Virus record (IMG/VR): IMGVR_UViG_3300027640_000010
Coordinates: 1 to 37,374 of that record
Direction: 5' to 3' (one strand)
DNA: 37,374 bases
Source: a virus
Taxonomy: Duplodnaviria; Caudoviricetes
In this document: positions 1 through 9,477 of the stretch, in pieces
How the letters are laid out: the number at the start of each line of letters is the position of its first letter
Numbering within the stretch: position 1 is the first letter of the stretch
The notes under the pieces: model-generated
The model's input: only the letters and a program-made list of their open reading frames with translations
The model's database searches: none
What the model was told of the DNA's origin: nothing
Position numbers and translations under genes: made by a program

Positions 1-227
1 TGGCCGGTTTCTCCTTTTGAAAGTATTTCGAAAGCCAACCCTACAGCTGTTTTTAATTCATTCAGCTGTAAACCTGCCGCCGTTACCTGGGTATCTGTAA
101 GCGGGCCGCCCACTATACCGACGGCGTATCCGTTAGCCCTGGCCAGGTAAAGGTTAACGTCAGCAGCTGGCATATTTGCGGCCTTCGGGTAATACGTAGT
201 CTTTAATTCGTCAGCCGTTAAATACAT
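1..227 (-). CDS. Putative head-tail connector/head completion protein (partial, runs off the window)
   Basis: ATG at 227 with GGGGG RBS; reads MYLTADELKTTYYPKAANMPAADVNLYLARAN...; MYLT-type N-terminus and position after the capsid genes. Confidence 0.6.
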   Translation of the reverse strand, partial: MYLTADELKTTYYPKAANMPAADVNLYLARANGYAVGIVGGPLTDTQVTAAGLQLNELKTAVGLAFEILSKGETG

Positions 228-241
228 GGGCTACGCCCCCT

Positions 242-658
242 TTATTTTATAAGGGCCTCTGCTTTCCCCTGGGCTATAACAGCGGCTATAATTTCGGCTT
301 TTTTGGCGTCGTAAGCAAAGTCTACGCCTGCCTCCTTTGCTGCCGCTATAAGGTTTTCTTTATTGTATTGACTATTCAGGGCCGCCGCTTGCTTTACTGC
401 TTCGTTGTCAACGGGGTTTCCCGGCCCCCCGGCGGCAGGTGTTTCATCGTCCTTTTTACCTGTGGCGTCTGCGGGTGTCCCGGCAGGCTGTCCGTCGGCG
501 TCGTTTACCGGCGGTGTGATAGTTTGCAGCGGGTCGGCCAGTACCGCGCTACCCTCTTTTATAAGCTGCCGGGCTATTTCTTCGGGATAGTCGCATACAG
601 TACCCGCAGGTATACGGGCGCCGTTATCTCTAAGCGCTACAGTATTAATAATCTTCAT
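242..658 (-). CDS. Small head-associated protein with low-complexity linker and C-terminal HeH/Rho-N-like helical domain
   Basis: 138 aa, GGAGG RBS; directly after the MCP gene; C-terminal 'KENLIAAAKEAGVDF..AKKAEIIAAV' pattern. Confidence 0.6.
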   Translation of the reverse strand: MKIINTVALRDNGARIPAGTVCDYPEEIARQLIKEGSAVLADPLQTITPPVNDADGQPAGTPADATGKKDDETPAAGGPGNPVDNEAVKQAAALNSQYNKENLIAAAKEAGVDFAYDAKKAEIIAAVIAQGKAEALIK

Positions 659-694
659 GCGTTTTTTACCCTCCTGGTATCCTGATATTTTTAC

Positions 695-731
695 GAAATA
701 AAGCAGGGGCGCCGTTAAGCGCCCCTTACTT
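695..731 (-). terminator. Rho-independent terminator after the major capsid gene
   Basis: GGGGCGC (706-712)/GCGCCCC (719-725) stem followed by a U-rich run on the minus strand. Confidence 0.65.
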
Positions 732-758
732 ATACGGTTTTACGCAAGTATTCCCGAC

Positions 759-1763
759 TTAGGTTAATACGGTGGTAATGGTAATCAGGTCGGGGTCTGT
801 AACCTTCGGCCAGGAGGCAGCTACTACCTCTACTATTTCACGCTTCGGGCGCTCCATGGTAAAGGTACGGCCAAAAATACCGGGTTCCATGTTATTTTCC
901 ACGGTGGGGCCTATAAGCAGCTGCCCAATGGCGCCGCCCTCTTTAAGAAATACGCCTTTTTTGGCATTCAGAAGGCGCGATTGTACACGTACCCCGCCGT
1001 TATCTACGTCCCTGTAGGCTACCGAAGCGTCGAAAGCCTCCATAGGGGGCATTTGACGCCCGCGCAGGAAGTCGTTAAGCTCCTGCAGGGTTACAAGCTT
1101 GTCAGCCAGGCCCGTTATCTGCTTCCTTACGGTTTCGTCGTTAAGAACAGCACGAATAACGGTAATAGAAGTCATGTAAACGTCAGGGTAGACACCATTA
1201 CGGTCTACGTAGTCCTGTACCCAGCCTTCGTAATCCGCTATTATGGTCGGTGTAACGCCGTCCCATTTTGTTACCGCTGCTTCTATGGCATCGACGCCAA
1301 AATCAGAAGCCAGCTTTATACCGGCCTTGTTATAGGTTATAGCGCCTTCGCCCAGGGCTTGCCATATCAGCCATTCCAGGCGGGCGTCAATGTTGGCTTT
1401 TACCAGCTTGGCCTTACCCAGCAGCTGCCTTTCTGCTACTTTTCTTTTTCCGGGGTTTCCTTTGTCCATAAGGGCGCCCAGTTCCTTTTTAGTGACAATA
1501 TAAGATTGCCCTATATCGGTAATGGCCCCCGATACCCTACGCATGGGGTCGCGGTCAGTCAGCGGCAATTCTGCCCCGCTGTCCACAATGTCGGCCATAT
1601 CCTGCTGGCGCTCCAAAATGGTTTCATTGAATTCAATTTCGTAGGTTTCATCCCGGGGCAGGAAACGGCTTCCCTTATATCCTGTTTCTACGGGTACTTC
1701 GTTAATAATTTCCGTGAAAAGGGGGTTTTCGAAGTACTCGCTATATTGTGCTAATCCAGCCAT
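759..1763 (-). CDS. Major capsid protein (phage_cap_E-like)
   Basis: 334 aa after scaffold and decoration genes; 'IDARLEWLIWQAL..G.I' motif typical of gpE-type MCPs; AGGAGG RBS. Confidence 0.88.
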   Translation of the reverse strand: MAGLAQYSEYFENPLFTEIINEVPVETGYKGSRFLPRDETYEIEFNETILERQQDMADIVDSGAELPLTDRDPMRRVSGAITDIGQSYIVTKKELGALMDKGNPGKRKVAERQLLGKAKLVKANIDARLEWLIWQALGEGAITYNKAGIKLASDFGVDAIEAAVTKWDGVTPTIIADYEGWVQDYVDRNGVYPDVYMTSITVIRAVLNDETVRKQITGLADKLVTLQELNDFLRGRQMPPMEAFDASVAYRDVDNGGVRVQSRLLNAKKGVFLKEGGAIGQLLIGPTVENNMEPGIFGRTFTMERPKREIVEVVAASWPKVTDPDLITITTVLT

Positions 1764-1809
1764 GCTTTTTATCCTCCTTGTGGTTATTAATTAGTTGTAC
1801 CAGGGCCGC

Positions 1810-2574
1810 TTATACGAAGCGGATAAAGCCAGCCAGGGCCTGCTTAAAGGCATCGGTAGCGCTGATAAGCATACCGTTATAGACGGCTCCGTGTACCAGT
1901 ATCTGGCCTACGGTTACATTCGGGTTAGCCCCCAGGTCGTCCAGTTCAAATTTTACGGATTCGTCCAGTATAACGGGGTTACTTTTGCCTTCGGGGAAAG
2001 CGCCGGTACCTACATCACTGGCCGGTATTGCCAGCCCTAATACGCCCTCTACGGTAGCTTCGTCACCAGCTACGCCCCAGGTACCACTTACTTCGATTTT
2101 CTGACCGCTACCGCTTTCAATGGTCGCTATACGCAGTTTGTTAGCTACGGCAGCTACGTTACATATTTTGTCAAGGGTTACACCCTGGGCGTTAGCCGCT
2201 GCTTTAACCGCAGTTATTACGCCAGCTTCCCCGCCTACAGCTGTAACCGCCGCCAGGGTCGCGTTAGCAATAACATAGGCTACGCCGTTTACCTTTACGG
2301 TTACAGTAGTACCGGCGTTTATACCGGCCAAGTCAGCCGCTGTAATATTGGCGGCCCCGTTCACTACTGCGGGAGTAGGGGCGCCATCAGCGTACTTTTC
2401 GTACAGCCCTGTTACGTTGTCTTTTATCAGGCATTGGCCCTCTTTCACCAGCTCACCCAGGGCGAATTTACTACCGTCCAGCGTAATGCCGTTATTGATA
2501 TACGCATAATGGGCGCTGGCTTTAATCTCCCGGGCCGCCTCTGCGCTGGTCTTTCTAATGGTTACGTCAGCCAT
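1810..2574 (-). CDS. Head decoration protein with an Ala/Val/Gly/Thr-rich inserted domain
   Basis: Lies between scaffold and MCP; N-terminal 'GITLDGSKF..GELVKEG' and C-terminal 'ILVHGAVY...FKQAL.GFIRFV' resemble decoration proteins. Confidence 0.65.
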   Translation of the reverse strand: MADVTIRKTSAEAAREIKASAHYAYINNGITLDGSKFALGELVKEGQCLIKDNVTGLYEKYADGAPTPAVVNGAANITAADLAGINAGTTVTVKVNGVAYVIANATLAAVTAVGGEAGVITAVKAAANAQGVTLDKICNVAAVANKLRIATIESGSGQKIEVSGTWGVAGDEATVEGVLGLAIPASDVGTGAFPEGKSNPVILDESVKFELDDLGANPNVTVGQILVHGAVYNGMLISATDAFKQALAGFIRFV

Positions 2575-2601
2575 TTTTAATACCTCCTGTTAGATTTTGA
2601 G

Positions 2602-3366
2602 TTATTTCTTTTCCGTTTTAATGCCCATCATTTCAAGGGCTGCGGTTTTTTTCTTAGCCCGTTCAGCAGCCTTTTTATCGTCGCCGCCAGGGGTACCCCC
2701 ACCCGGGCCTTTACCGCGAAAGCGCCCGCCGTCATCGTTGCCGCCGCCTTCGTCGTTGCCGTCTTCGTCGTCAGCCTGCTTAAACAAATTCGGCTCATTT
2801 TCGGCCATGCGCTTAATGGCCTTTTCTATGGACTTAGGAGTATAGCCGCCTTCGTCGTCTTCCTCCAATAAGCCCATATAGTCGGACAGACCGCGTACTA
2901 CCTGGGCGGGGTTATGCGGGTTAAATTTACCGGCAGCCTTTAATACCCCATTTTCAAGCTGAAGCCGTTTTATAGTACTGTCGGCGTCGTCGGCTTTCTT
3001 GGCCTTTTTCCGCAGGTCGGCTATTTCCTGTTCGGTAGCCGTCGGGGGTTTTTGGTCGCCGCCGGCCTTTGCAAGTTCGGCCACTTTTCCCAGCAGTTCC
3101 TTATTCGGTACGTCCACATTTACCCCGGCGTCTTTTAAAGCCCTACGTACCAGGGCTACCGCTTTACGTGTTACCATGCCGTCTACTTCGGCCTGGGTGT
3201 ATATGGGTTTATTATCGGGGTCGCCAGGGTCGTACTCTTTTGCTTCGTCGTGTTCCTCCTGGGAAATTTCCTTACTGTCCAGCAGTTCTTTAAGCCGCTT
3301 TAGGTATTCGTCCTTCTTGATTTTCCCCGCTTTATAAAGCCCCTGTAGTTTTTTCAGTTCGTCCAT
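2602..3366 (-). CDS. Capsid scaffolding protein
   Basis: Highly charged and helical with a Gly-rich C-terminus; position upstream of decoration/MCP. Likely start is ATG at 3366 (GGAGG RBS), not 3396. Confidence 0.75.
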   Translation of the reverse strand: MDELKKLQGLYKAGKIKKDEYLKRLKELLDSKEISQEEHDEAKEYDPGDPDNKPIYTQAEVDGMVTRKAVALVRRALKDAGVNVDVPNKELLGKVAELAKAGGDQKPPTATEQEIADLRKKAKKADDADSTIKRLQLENGVLKAAGKFNPHNPAQVVRGLSDYMGLLEEDDEGGYTPKSIEKAIKRMAENEPNLFKQADDEDGNDEGGGNDDGGRFRGKGPGGGTPGGDDKKAAERAKKKTAALEMMGIKTEKK

Positions 3367-3376
3367 TTGTACCTCC

Positions 3377-3465
3377 CCGGTTATTCGATACCGCAAAACG
3401 TAAATTTACGGATTATTAGCGTTACCCGCTAAACGCCTGGCCGGTTATACGATACCGGCAAAACG
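3377..3465 (-). repeat. Two imperfect direct-repeat hairpins in the scaffold 5' leader
   Basis: CCGGTTATTCGATACCGCAAAACG (3377-3400) and CCGGTTATACGATACCGGCAAAACG (3441-3465); the proximal copy abuts the RBS. Confidence 0.75.
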
Positions 3466-3542
3466 GTATAAAATTAAGCAGCCCAGGTACCTTACTACGC
3501 TGTCACCCCCGGCAGCGGTTCGGGCGTAGTTTACCAGGCCGC

Positions 3543-3574
3543 AAAAAATAAAAAACCGCTGTTCTACAGCGGTT
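3543..3574 (-). terminator. Rho-independent terminator after the MuF/immunity pair
   Basis: AACCGCTG/CAGCGGTT stem followed by TTTTATTTTTT on the minus strand. Confidence 0.8.
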
Positions 3575-3872
3575 AAATTATGGCCCCCTTGGGCGCCCTC
3601 GGGGGTTCGGGTACGTCGCCGGTAAATTCGGCGTCTTCGTCGAATACCTCCCGTATTAAGAATACAGCGGCCAGGGGTTCTTTAAGATAATTTTTTGTAA
3701 AGTACGGCCCCCCTACGGGGCCTAAGCTGGTACCCTGCAGCGCCTGGACCATAAATTCTACTTCCTCTACGGCCAGGGCGTCGCCGGTAAGCGTCGGGCC
3801 GCCTATAAGCCCCTTACTGTAAGTAAGGGTTACGGGCTGCCCCCGTATGGTGCCTGTTACATTAAATTTCAT
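3573..3872 (-). CDS. Small protein, putative immunity protein for the MuF C-terminal peptidase
   Basis: 99 aa; ATGA overlap with the MuF stop; followed by a terminator; no recognisable structural-protein motif. Confidence 0.55.
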   Translation of the reverse strand: MKFNVTGTIRGQPVTLTYSKGLIGGPTLTGDALAVEEVEFMVQALQGTSLGPVGGPYFTKNYLKEPLAAVFLIREVFDEDAEFTGDVPEPPRAPKGAII

Positions 3873-5917
3873 AACGCGGTTATCACTCCTAAAATAAAGT
3901 CGTAGTAGTCTTCATCCTTTGTTAAGTCATACCTGCCTATCGACAAAAAAGCCGATTGTATACCCATACTCAACAATTCATAGGCGCGGCCTCCGTAATC
4001 TTTACCCATGTATGCGCTTACAAAGTTATCTTTTCGGGTTCTTTCGTCCCGGCCATAACCACTACCCAGCCACTGTAAAGCCTCCCCAGCTGTACGGCGC
4101 TCGTAAAATTCTTTTTCCAGCTTTTTAATGGTCGGGTGTATATACTCCATCCTATGGCCCATTTCGTGTAAAAAGGTTTCCCGCATACTTTCTATGCTGC
4201 TGCCGCTGGTAACTATTTCGGGAGTTCCATAGTGGCTATAGTAGCCCCGGTTGGCCTTCTTTACAGCCATAGCGGAAGTCGTGTCCGATAATTCAAGCCA
4301 GGCCGTAGGTATATACCCCCGGGCTTCTTCCAGGGCCTGCTTTGTTTCCTTCCTTGGGCGCCCTATTATGTTAGCTTCCCGGCTGCTGCCCATAGGCCGT
4401 ATTTCAGCTATTATATCGCGGGTAGCGTCACCCCGTAAACTTGCTAATTTAGTGGATAACTTACCCCTTTCCTCATAAAGAGGCCGTAGCTTTTCGTCTA
4501 TTTTATCCCGAAGTTCCTTAAATTTGTCAAAGGCTTCCCGGTATTCGGGCGACATAAAACGTACGTTATTAAGCGCTTCCCGGGCGGCGTCTTTTTCAGC
4601 CTGCAGCACTTTACACTTTTCTACAAGTACGGCCAGCTGTTCTTTTGCGGAGGCTATTTCGCCGCCTACCCTGTTTTCTATTTCCCTCCTTACCAGGCCG
4701 CCTACCTCCCGGGCCTGGGCCTCTGTAGTTACGCCCTGGGCTATCCGCTGCTTTACCTGGTCAGCCCAGGCCGTCGCTGCCGTGATAGTTTTTACCGGTT
4801 CAGGCGTCGGCGGTAGCTGCGGGTCTACGGGTTTTTGTCCTATTAAACCGTCCCGGTAATCGTCCAGCTTTTCGCCCCGCCGCAGGTACCGGCGCGGGTC
4901 GTCATTCGCTAGACGTTCGTCCAGGTCAGGCAGGCCCCTTTCCTTTGCGTACTCTTTATAGGTACGGGCCTTTGTATACGTACGTTCCCCGAAATTTTCC
5001 GTATTATCACCTTCGCCCCGGGCTATGCGCTCCCGCTTATTGACGCCCAGGGCGCTTAAAACGGGGCTGTACTTACACCTACAGTTAGGGTGATTCGGTA
5101 TTCTTTCCCCAGGTACCCCGGGCATTTCGGGGGTATCGTATTCCAGGGGGTATAATTTACCGTCGTTCCTGGCGTCTTTGGGCGCCGTCCTGCTGTCTAG
5201 GGCCGCGTTCCAGCGCTTGCCGTCCAGAATATCGGCGTTTTGTAGCATGGCCTGAGTAGCGCCCTGGCTGGCCGCCCTGGTAAGCTCCGTACGGGCCAGG
5301 CGTACCGCGTTATAGTACCCTTCCTGGGCTGTGCGCTGTATGTGGCGGGCCGTTTCGTTAACGCTCCAGCCTTCTACCATAGCCCGCCCTACCGAATTAT
5401 ACATTTTTTCGGCCAGGTAAACCGTGTTAGCCCTTAGCCGGTCGCTGTACGTGGCCCCGTCAGGTAGCCAGGGATTCGCCAGCACCCCCATTACGTAGTT
5501 TTCCGTTAAAAGGGGTATTCGTACGTCTACCTGGGCCGCCTGCTCCATCCCAAAGGCTGTAAAATAATAGCTATGCGCGTACTGATAAGCTAAATTCCTG
5601 TGCAGCTTCTTTTGTAGGGGGTCTTCAGCGTCCGTTAAAAGGGCCGCTACCTCCCGCCGCAGCATAGCCAGCCTGCTAATTTCGTACTTCTTAGTCTGTA
5701 ACTTTTCGGGTGAAAGCTTTCCCTGGCCGTCGGAATACTCTTTATACAGCTTCTTTATAAGTACGTCCAGGCGCTGGGCCGTACGTTCCCATATGGGCCG
5801 TATTTCCTGGGCATACTTTACCTGACGGCGGTCTAAAATATCCTGATAGCGTTCTACGTAGCCGTCAAGGTCTTTTTGGCGGCGGGCGTATACCCGGGCG
5901 TCTAAAATATCGGCCAT
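3869..5917 (-). CDS. MuF (SPP1 gp7-like) minor head protein with C-terminal zincin metallopeptidase extension
   Basis: 'RLARTE', 'W.AALDSRT' and 'PNHPNCRC' MuF motifs; Pro-rich linker; coiled coil; 'FLHEMGH' HExxH plus distal 'YELLSMG' Glu. Confidence 0.9.
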   Translation of the reverse strand: MADILDARVYARRQKDLDGYVERYQDILDRRQVKYAQEIRPIWERTAQRLDVLIKKLYKEYSDGQGKLSPEKLQTKKYEISRLAMLRREVAALLTDAEDPLQKKLHRNLAYQYAHSYYFTAFGMEQAAQVDVRIPLLTENYVMGVLANPWLPDGATYSDRLRANTVYLAEKMYNSVGRAMVEGWSVNETARHIQRTAQEGYYNAVRLARTELTRAASQGATQAMLQNADILDGKRWNAALDSRTAPKDARNDGKLYPLEYDTPEMPGVPGERIPNHPNCRCKYSPVLSALGVNKRERIARGEGDNTENFGERTYTKARTYKEYAKERGLPDLDERLANDDPRRYLRRGEKLDDYRDGLIGQKPVDPQLPPTPEPVKTITAATAWADQVKQRIAQGVTTEAQAREVGGLVRREIENRVGGEIASAKEQLAVLVEKCKVLQAEKDAAREALNNVRFMSPEYREAFDKFKELRDKIDEKLRPLYEERGKLSTKLASLRGDATRDIIAEIRPMGSSREANIIGRPRKETKQALEEARGYIPTAWLELSDTTSAMAVKKANRGYYSHYGTPEIVTSGSSIESMRETFLHEMGHRMEYIHPTIKKLEKEFYERRTAGEALQWLGSGYGRDERTRKDNFVSAYMGKDYGGRAYELLSMGIQSAFLSIGRYDLTKDEDYYDFILGVITAL

Positions 5918-5930
5918 AGGTTAAGCCCCC

Positions 5931-7535
5931 TTATTCCCCGCCACTTCCCCCGCCCTCGGGGTCGTCGGTATTCGTATTCCCCCCGTTGTTTCCTGTGCTG
6001 CTAAATTCGCCCCCTAAGCCCATAGCGTTAAGGCCCTGCTTTGCGGATTCTTCCCGCTGCTTTTTCATGTCTTCCAGGGCTTTTACGGGGTCGTCTATAA
6101 ACCATAGCAATTCGTAAAGATATGCGTCGGGTACCTTATCAGCCAGGGCCGCGACAATCTGCGCTATTTCAAGGAAGTTTTGCGGCAGGTTACGGTTAAT
6201 AGTAAAGGCTACCCATTCGTGATTATAAAGTACTACGCTTTTCGGCGGCTTTTGCCTCCCGGTAAGTATGTCGTAAGCATCGTCTACCCCAGCATCGGCC
6301 AGGCGTCGGGCGTTTAACAAGTCGGTTAATACCTTAACCAGCTGCTTAATAGCGCTGGAGAAATAAAGCTCTTTTTTCCCGGCCTTAATATCCAGGCAGG
6401 CGTACTTTAGCTTAATTTCCGTAGCGGTCGCGCCCTGCAGGTCGTTAAGCTGTGGTATTTTCGCCATGTCGTGAATAGTTTTCTTTACCCGGTCTAAATG
6501 ACTTTCTACCGCCTTGTCTTCCTGTGACTGTGAAATAAAGGTAGCCGTACTTTCCTTAGCTTTTAAAGCTATGGCCCGGGCCTTCCTCATTTTTAAAACT
6601 TCGTTTTGGTCTACGTCTACCCCCGAAAGCAGTAGGTAGGCGTCCTGCAGGTAGTCAACATAGTTAGCCTTATCGCTCATACCCTCCGCGTAATTTTCCA
6701 GCAGGGATAAAACGCCGTTAGCCAGGTCGCTTACGCCGTTTTTCTTTTGGCGCTTTTCGTACCTGGCCGGTGTGCCGTTTACGAATATGCTTACTGGTAT
6801 GCGGCCCGCTTTATGTTCGACGGGGTTTCCTGTTTCGGCCTCCGCTTCATCCAGTTCGTAGCCGTCGCCGTCATTAACACTTATGTAGTAGGTTACGTAA
6901 CGTTCGTCGTATACCTCTACCCTGGTACGGGTTACTATTTGGTCGTCTTCTGTCGTGTCTTCTACTACGTAGTACCGTATCACCAGGGCCAGGCGCCCCC
7001 GGGTGTCGTAAACGGGTATTACTTCCTGTATGGGGAATTCGTCGTAGTCTATATCCCCGTTTTCGTCTACCCAGCCGATAATAGGGCTGTAGCCCCCTAT
7101 ACCGCCCTGGCGCAGCTGCTCCGCTAGTATGCGCTGGGCTTCCTCATTACGTACCAGTGCCAGAAAGTCTTTACGAAATTGCTCTATAAGCTTTTTGTCG
7201 GCCTCCCCGTCGGGGTCTTCTACCGTCCAGACTATGGGCTTACCTAACATGTAGTCTACGGGGGCGTCTATAACTATTTCAGCATAGTTTACCTGTAGCT
7301 TATGGTTCGTGTCGTCGCCCCTGGACTTATCCCGGGTATCTATTTTTTCTAAATACCCGTCATAGGCATCCTGATAAATTTCTACGCCTTCTTCATTTAT
7401 CCAGGCTTTGTGTTGGTCTATTAATTTCTTTATCCAGGTGCCATTATCGGCTATCCAGCCTTTAGCGGCGGCCAGTGCTGCGGTAGGGTCTACGTATTTC
7501 GCCAGGGTTTCAGGTATTACGTTTACTACAGCCAC
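5931..7535 (-). CDS. Portal protein, SPP1 gp6-like
   Basis: 534 aa; 'NHKL.VNYA..VID..VDYMLGKP', 'GRIPV..F.N' and 'F.RNLP.N'-like motifs. Confidence 0.92.
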   Translation of the reverse strand: MAVVNVIPETLAKYVDPTAALAAAKGWIADNGTWIKKLIDQHKAWINEEGVEIYQDAYDGYLEKIDTRDKSRGDDTNHKLQVNYAEIVIDAPVDYMLGKPIVWTVEDPDGEADKKLIEQFRKDFLALVRNEEAQRILAEQLRQGGIGGYSPIIGWVDENGDIDYDEFPIQEVIPVYDTRGRLALVIRYYVVEDTTEDDQIVTRTRVEVYDERYVTYYISVNDGDGYELDEAEAETGNPVEHKAGRIPVSIFVNGTPARYEKRQKKNGVSDLANGVLSLLENYAEGMSDKANYVDYLQDAYLLLSGVDVDQNEVLKMRKARAIALKAKESTATFISQSQEDKAVESHLDRVKKTIHDMAKIPQLNDLQGATATEIKLKYACLDIKAGKKELYFSSAIKQLVKVLTDLLNARRLADAGVDDAYDILTGRQKPPKSVVLYNHEWVAFTINRNLPQNFLEIAQIVAALADKVPDAYLYELLWFIDDPVKALEDMKKQREESAKQGLNAMGLGGEFSSTGNNGGNTNTDDPEGGGSGGE

Positions 7536-7771
7536 TATTTAGCCCCCTTTCGTCTGTTAATGGTACGGCTGACTACCCGAAGATTACGCCGCGAATTACT
7601 ACCGCCTTTAGAAAGCGGCGTTTTGTGGTCTACCTCTCTTTTATCGCCTACCTTTAGGCCCAGCTTTCGGCGGGCCTTATTACGTAGAGAACGGCGGCGC
7701 CTTTGTTCAGGCTTACTATGGTACTGCCGGTACTCTTTTTTATAGTCCCGTTTTTTCTTACGCCCCGCCAT
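7535..7771 (-). CDS. Small basic HNH endonuclease
   Basis: 'EVDHKTPLSKGGSNSRRNLRVVSRTINRRKG' HNH motif; coupled to the portal start. Confidence 0.85.
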   Translation of the reverse strand: MAGRKKKRDYKKEYRQYHSKPEQRRRRSLRNKARRKLGLKVGDKREVDHKTPLSKGGSNSRRNLRVVSRTINRRKGAK

Positions 7772-7782
7772 AGGCGCCCCCT

Positions 7783-9477
7783 TTATACTGCTCCGCTGCG
7801 GTCGAAGGCCGAAGCCTTACGCGCTGCAGGGTCTTTAATCATGTACGCCGCCCTTAAAAGCAAAAATACCGCTGTGACTATATCATCATGCGGTATATGC
7901 CCGTCATACCGGGGCTTCGCGGTCGCCGGTACAAGCCAATTTATACGCTGTTCCTTTTTGGCTATCCGTACCAGGTTTTCCAGCTGCCATTTTAATTCGT
8001 CCCATAAGTCGGCCTGCTGTGGGTCGTCTACGGGCCGCCGTGGTATTTTTAACCAGTCAGCCGATACGTAGTTATAAGCCAGGTAGCCCAGCTTACTTTT
8101 ATTTTCATCACCGGTAGCCTTAAACTTGTAGGCCTCTATTTCGGCGTTAGGCAACTTTTCGATAAGATGGTACGCCAGTGGTTCGCCTATGCCGGTACCG
8201 TCTGCGCTGCCCCCTATTACGCCCCAGTGTCGCAGTATGGCTACTACCTGTTCACGCTGGCTGCTGTGCGGTTTCCCTACCCACTGATACAGGCAGCAGG
8301 GTATTACCGTACCGTCGGGCAGCAGTTCACCTATTACCAGGTCGGTAGCGTCGCGCTTATGGGCGCCTGCCGCTACTTCCTCGGTAGTGGTGGGGGTTTC
8401 CTCCTGGCCTGCTACGTCCAGCCCAAATATGTATACGCCGTTAGGCGCAGGGCCAACCCGCATACGGTAGACGTTTGCATATATACGGGCTACCTGCTCC
8501 GCGTCAAAAAAGCGGCCTATTGAGTCGATAAATTCCAGGTCAAATTGTGTCTTAACCGCTATATGGTTAGGCCCCAGGCGGGCTACCAGGTTTTCGTAAA
8601 ATATCCGGTAGTTTTCGTTACCCGAAGCTATGACACGTTTCGCCGGTACCTTCATTACCAGCTTAGGCCTGTACCCCTCCCGGGCCTCTATACGCCTTTC
8701 CATTTCGTAGGCCTGGGTCATGGCCTGGTATATGTGGCACTCCTTTGTCCAGGCTACCCCCCAAAATACGGTTGTCGCGTTTTTGTAGGCTCCCATGGGC
8801 TGCGCGTCGCGCTCCCATTTGGCCGTATCAATGTCCTGGGCTTCGTCGCCTTCCAGCAGGGTAAAGGCCGTTTGGCTGGCTACGTTAGCCGTGGGGTTAA
8901 TGGATAAGAAGGCCCATTTATTCGTATCCCGGGGCGGCCCTATGTGGTATTTGTAGCCGTCCGATTTACGAAATATGTTGCGGGTTATCGCGCAGCCAGC
9001 CAGCCCGCCACTGTCGTTTGTAGCGGCCCCCTCCAGCCTGTCCATACTGGCCTGTACCTGCGGCTTATGCACCGGGGCGAATTTTACCCCGCTTACCGGT
9101 ACCCCGAAATACCAGCCATACAACAAAATATACTGCTGTACGAAAGCGCTTATTTCGTTCTTACCCGCCTGGCGGCTTATCATAATCACGAATAACCAGC
9201 CCAGGCCATTTAATGCGCTATATAGGATAAGGTCGGCGGCCTCTAGCTGGTAGTCAAACGGGTCATTTTTTCGCAGTACGCGCCAGGCTTCCCGCAGGTT
9301 TTCAGGCTTGAACAGGTCGCCCAGGTCGTCTAATTCCTGGTACGATAACCCGGCTTTCGCAGCTGCTACCGTTTTAGGGACGGCTACCATAGTCGGCGCC
9401 CCGCTTATGGGGTCTACGTCTTCCAGGTAATCGAATTCGGTAGGGCTATATACGGCCAGGGCGCCCGCGCTGCTCAT
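7783..9477 (-). CDS. terL: Terminase large subunit
   Basis: Walker A-like 'SRQAGKNE', Walker B 'LEGDEAQD', RNase H-like nuclease motifs 'FGLDVAG' and 'HDD'. Confidence 0.9.
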   Translation of the reverse strand: MSSAGALAVYSPTEFDYLEDVDPISGAPTMVAVPKTVAAAKAGLSYQELDDLGDLFKPENLREAWRVLRKNDPFDYQLEAADLILYSALNGLGWLFVIMISRQAGKNEISAFVQQYILLYGWYFGVPVSGVKFAPVHKPQVQASMDRLEGAATNDSGGLAGCAITRNIFRKSDGYKYHIGPPRDTNKWAFLSINPTANVASQTAFTLLEGDEAQDIDTAKWERDAQPMGAYKNATTVFWGVAWTKECHIYQAMTQAYEMERRIEAREGYRPKLVMKVPAKRVIASGNENYRIFYENLVARLGPNHIAVKTQFDLEFIDSIGRFFDAEQVARIYANVYRMRVGPAPNGVYIFGLDVAGQEETPTTTEEVAAGAHKRDATDLVIGELLPDGTVIPCCLYQWVGKPHSSQREQVVAILRHWGVIGGSADGTGIGEPLAYHLIEKLPNAEIEAYKFKATGDENKSKLGYLAYNYVSADWLKIPRRPVDDPQQADLWDELKWQLENLVRIAKKEQRINWLVPATAKPRYDGHIPHDDIVTAVFLLLRAAYMIKDPAARKASAFDRSGAV

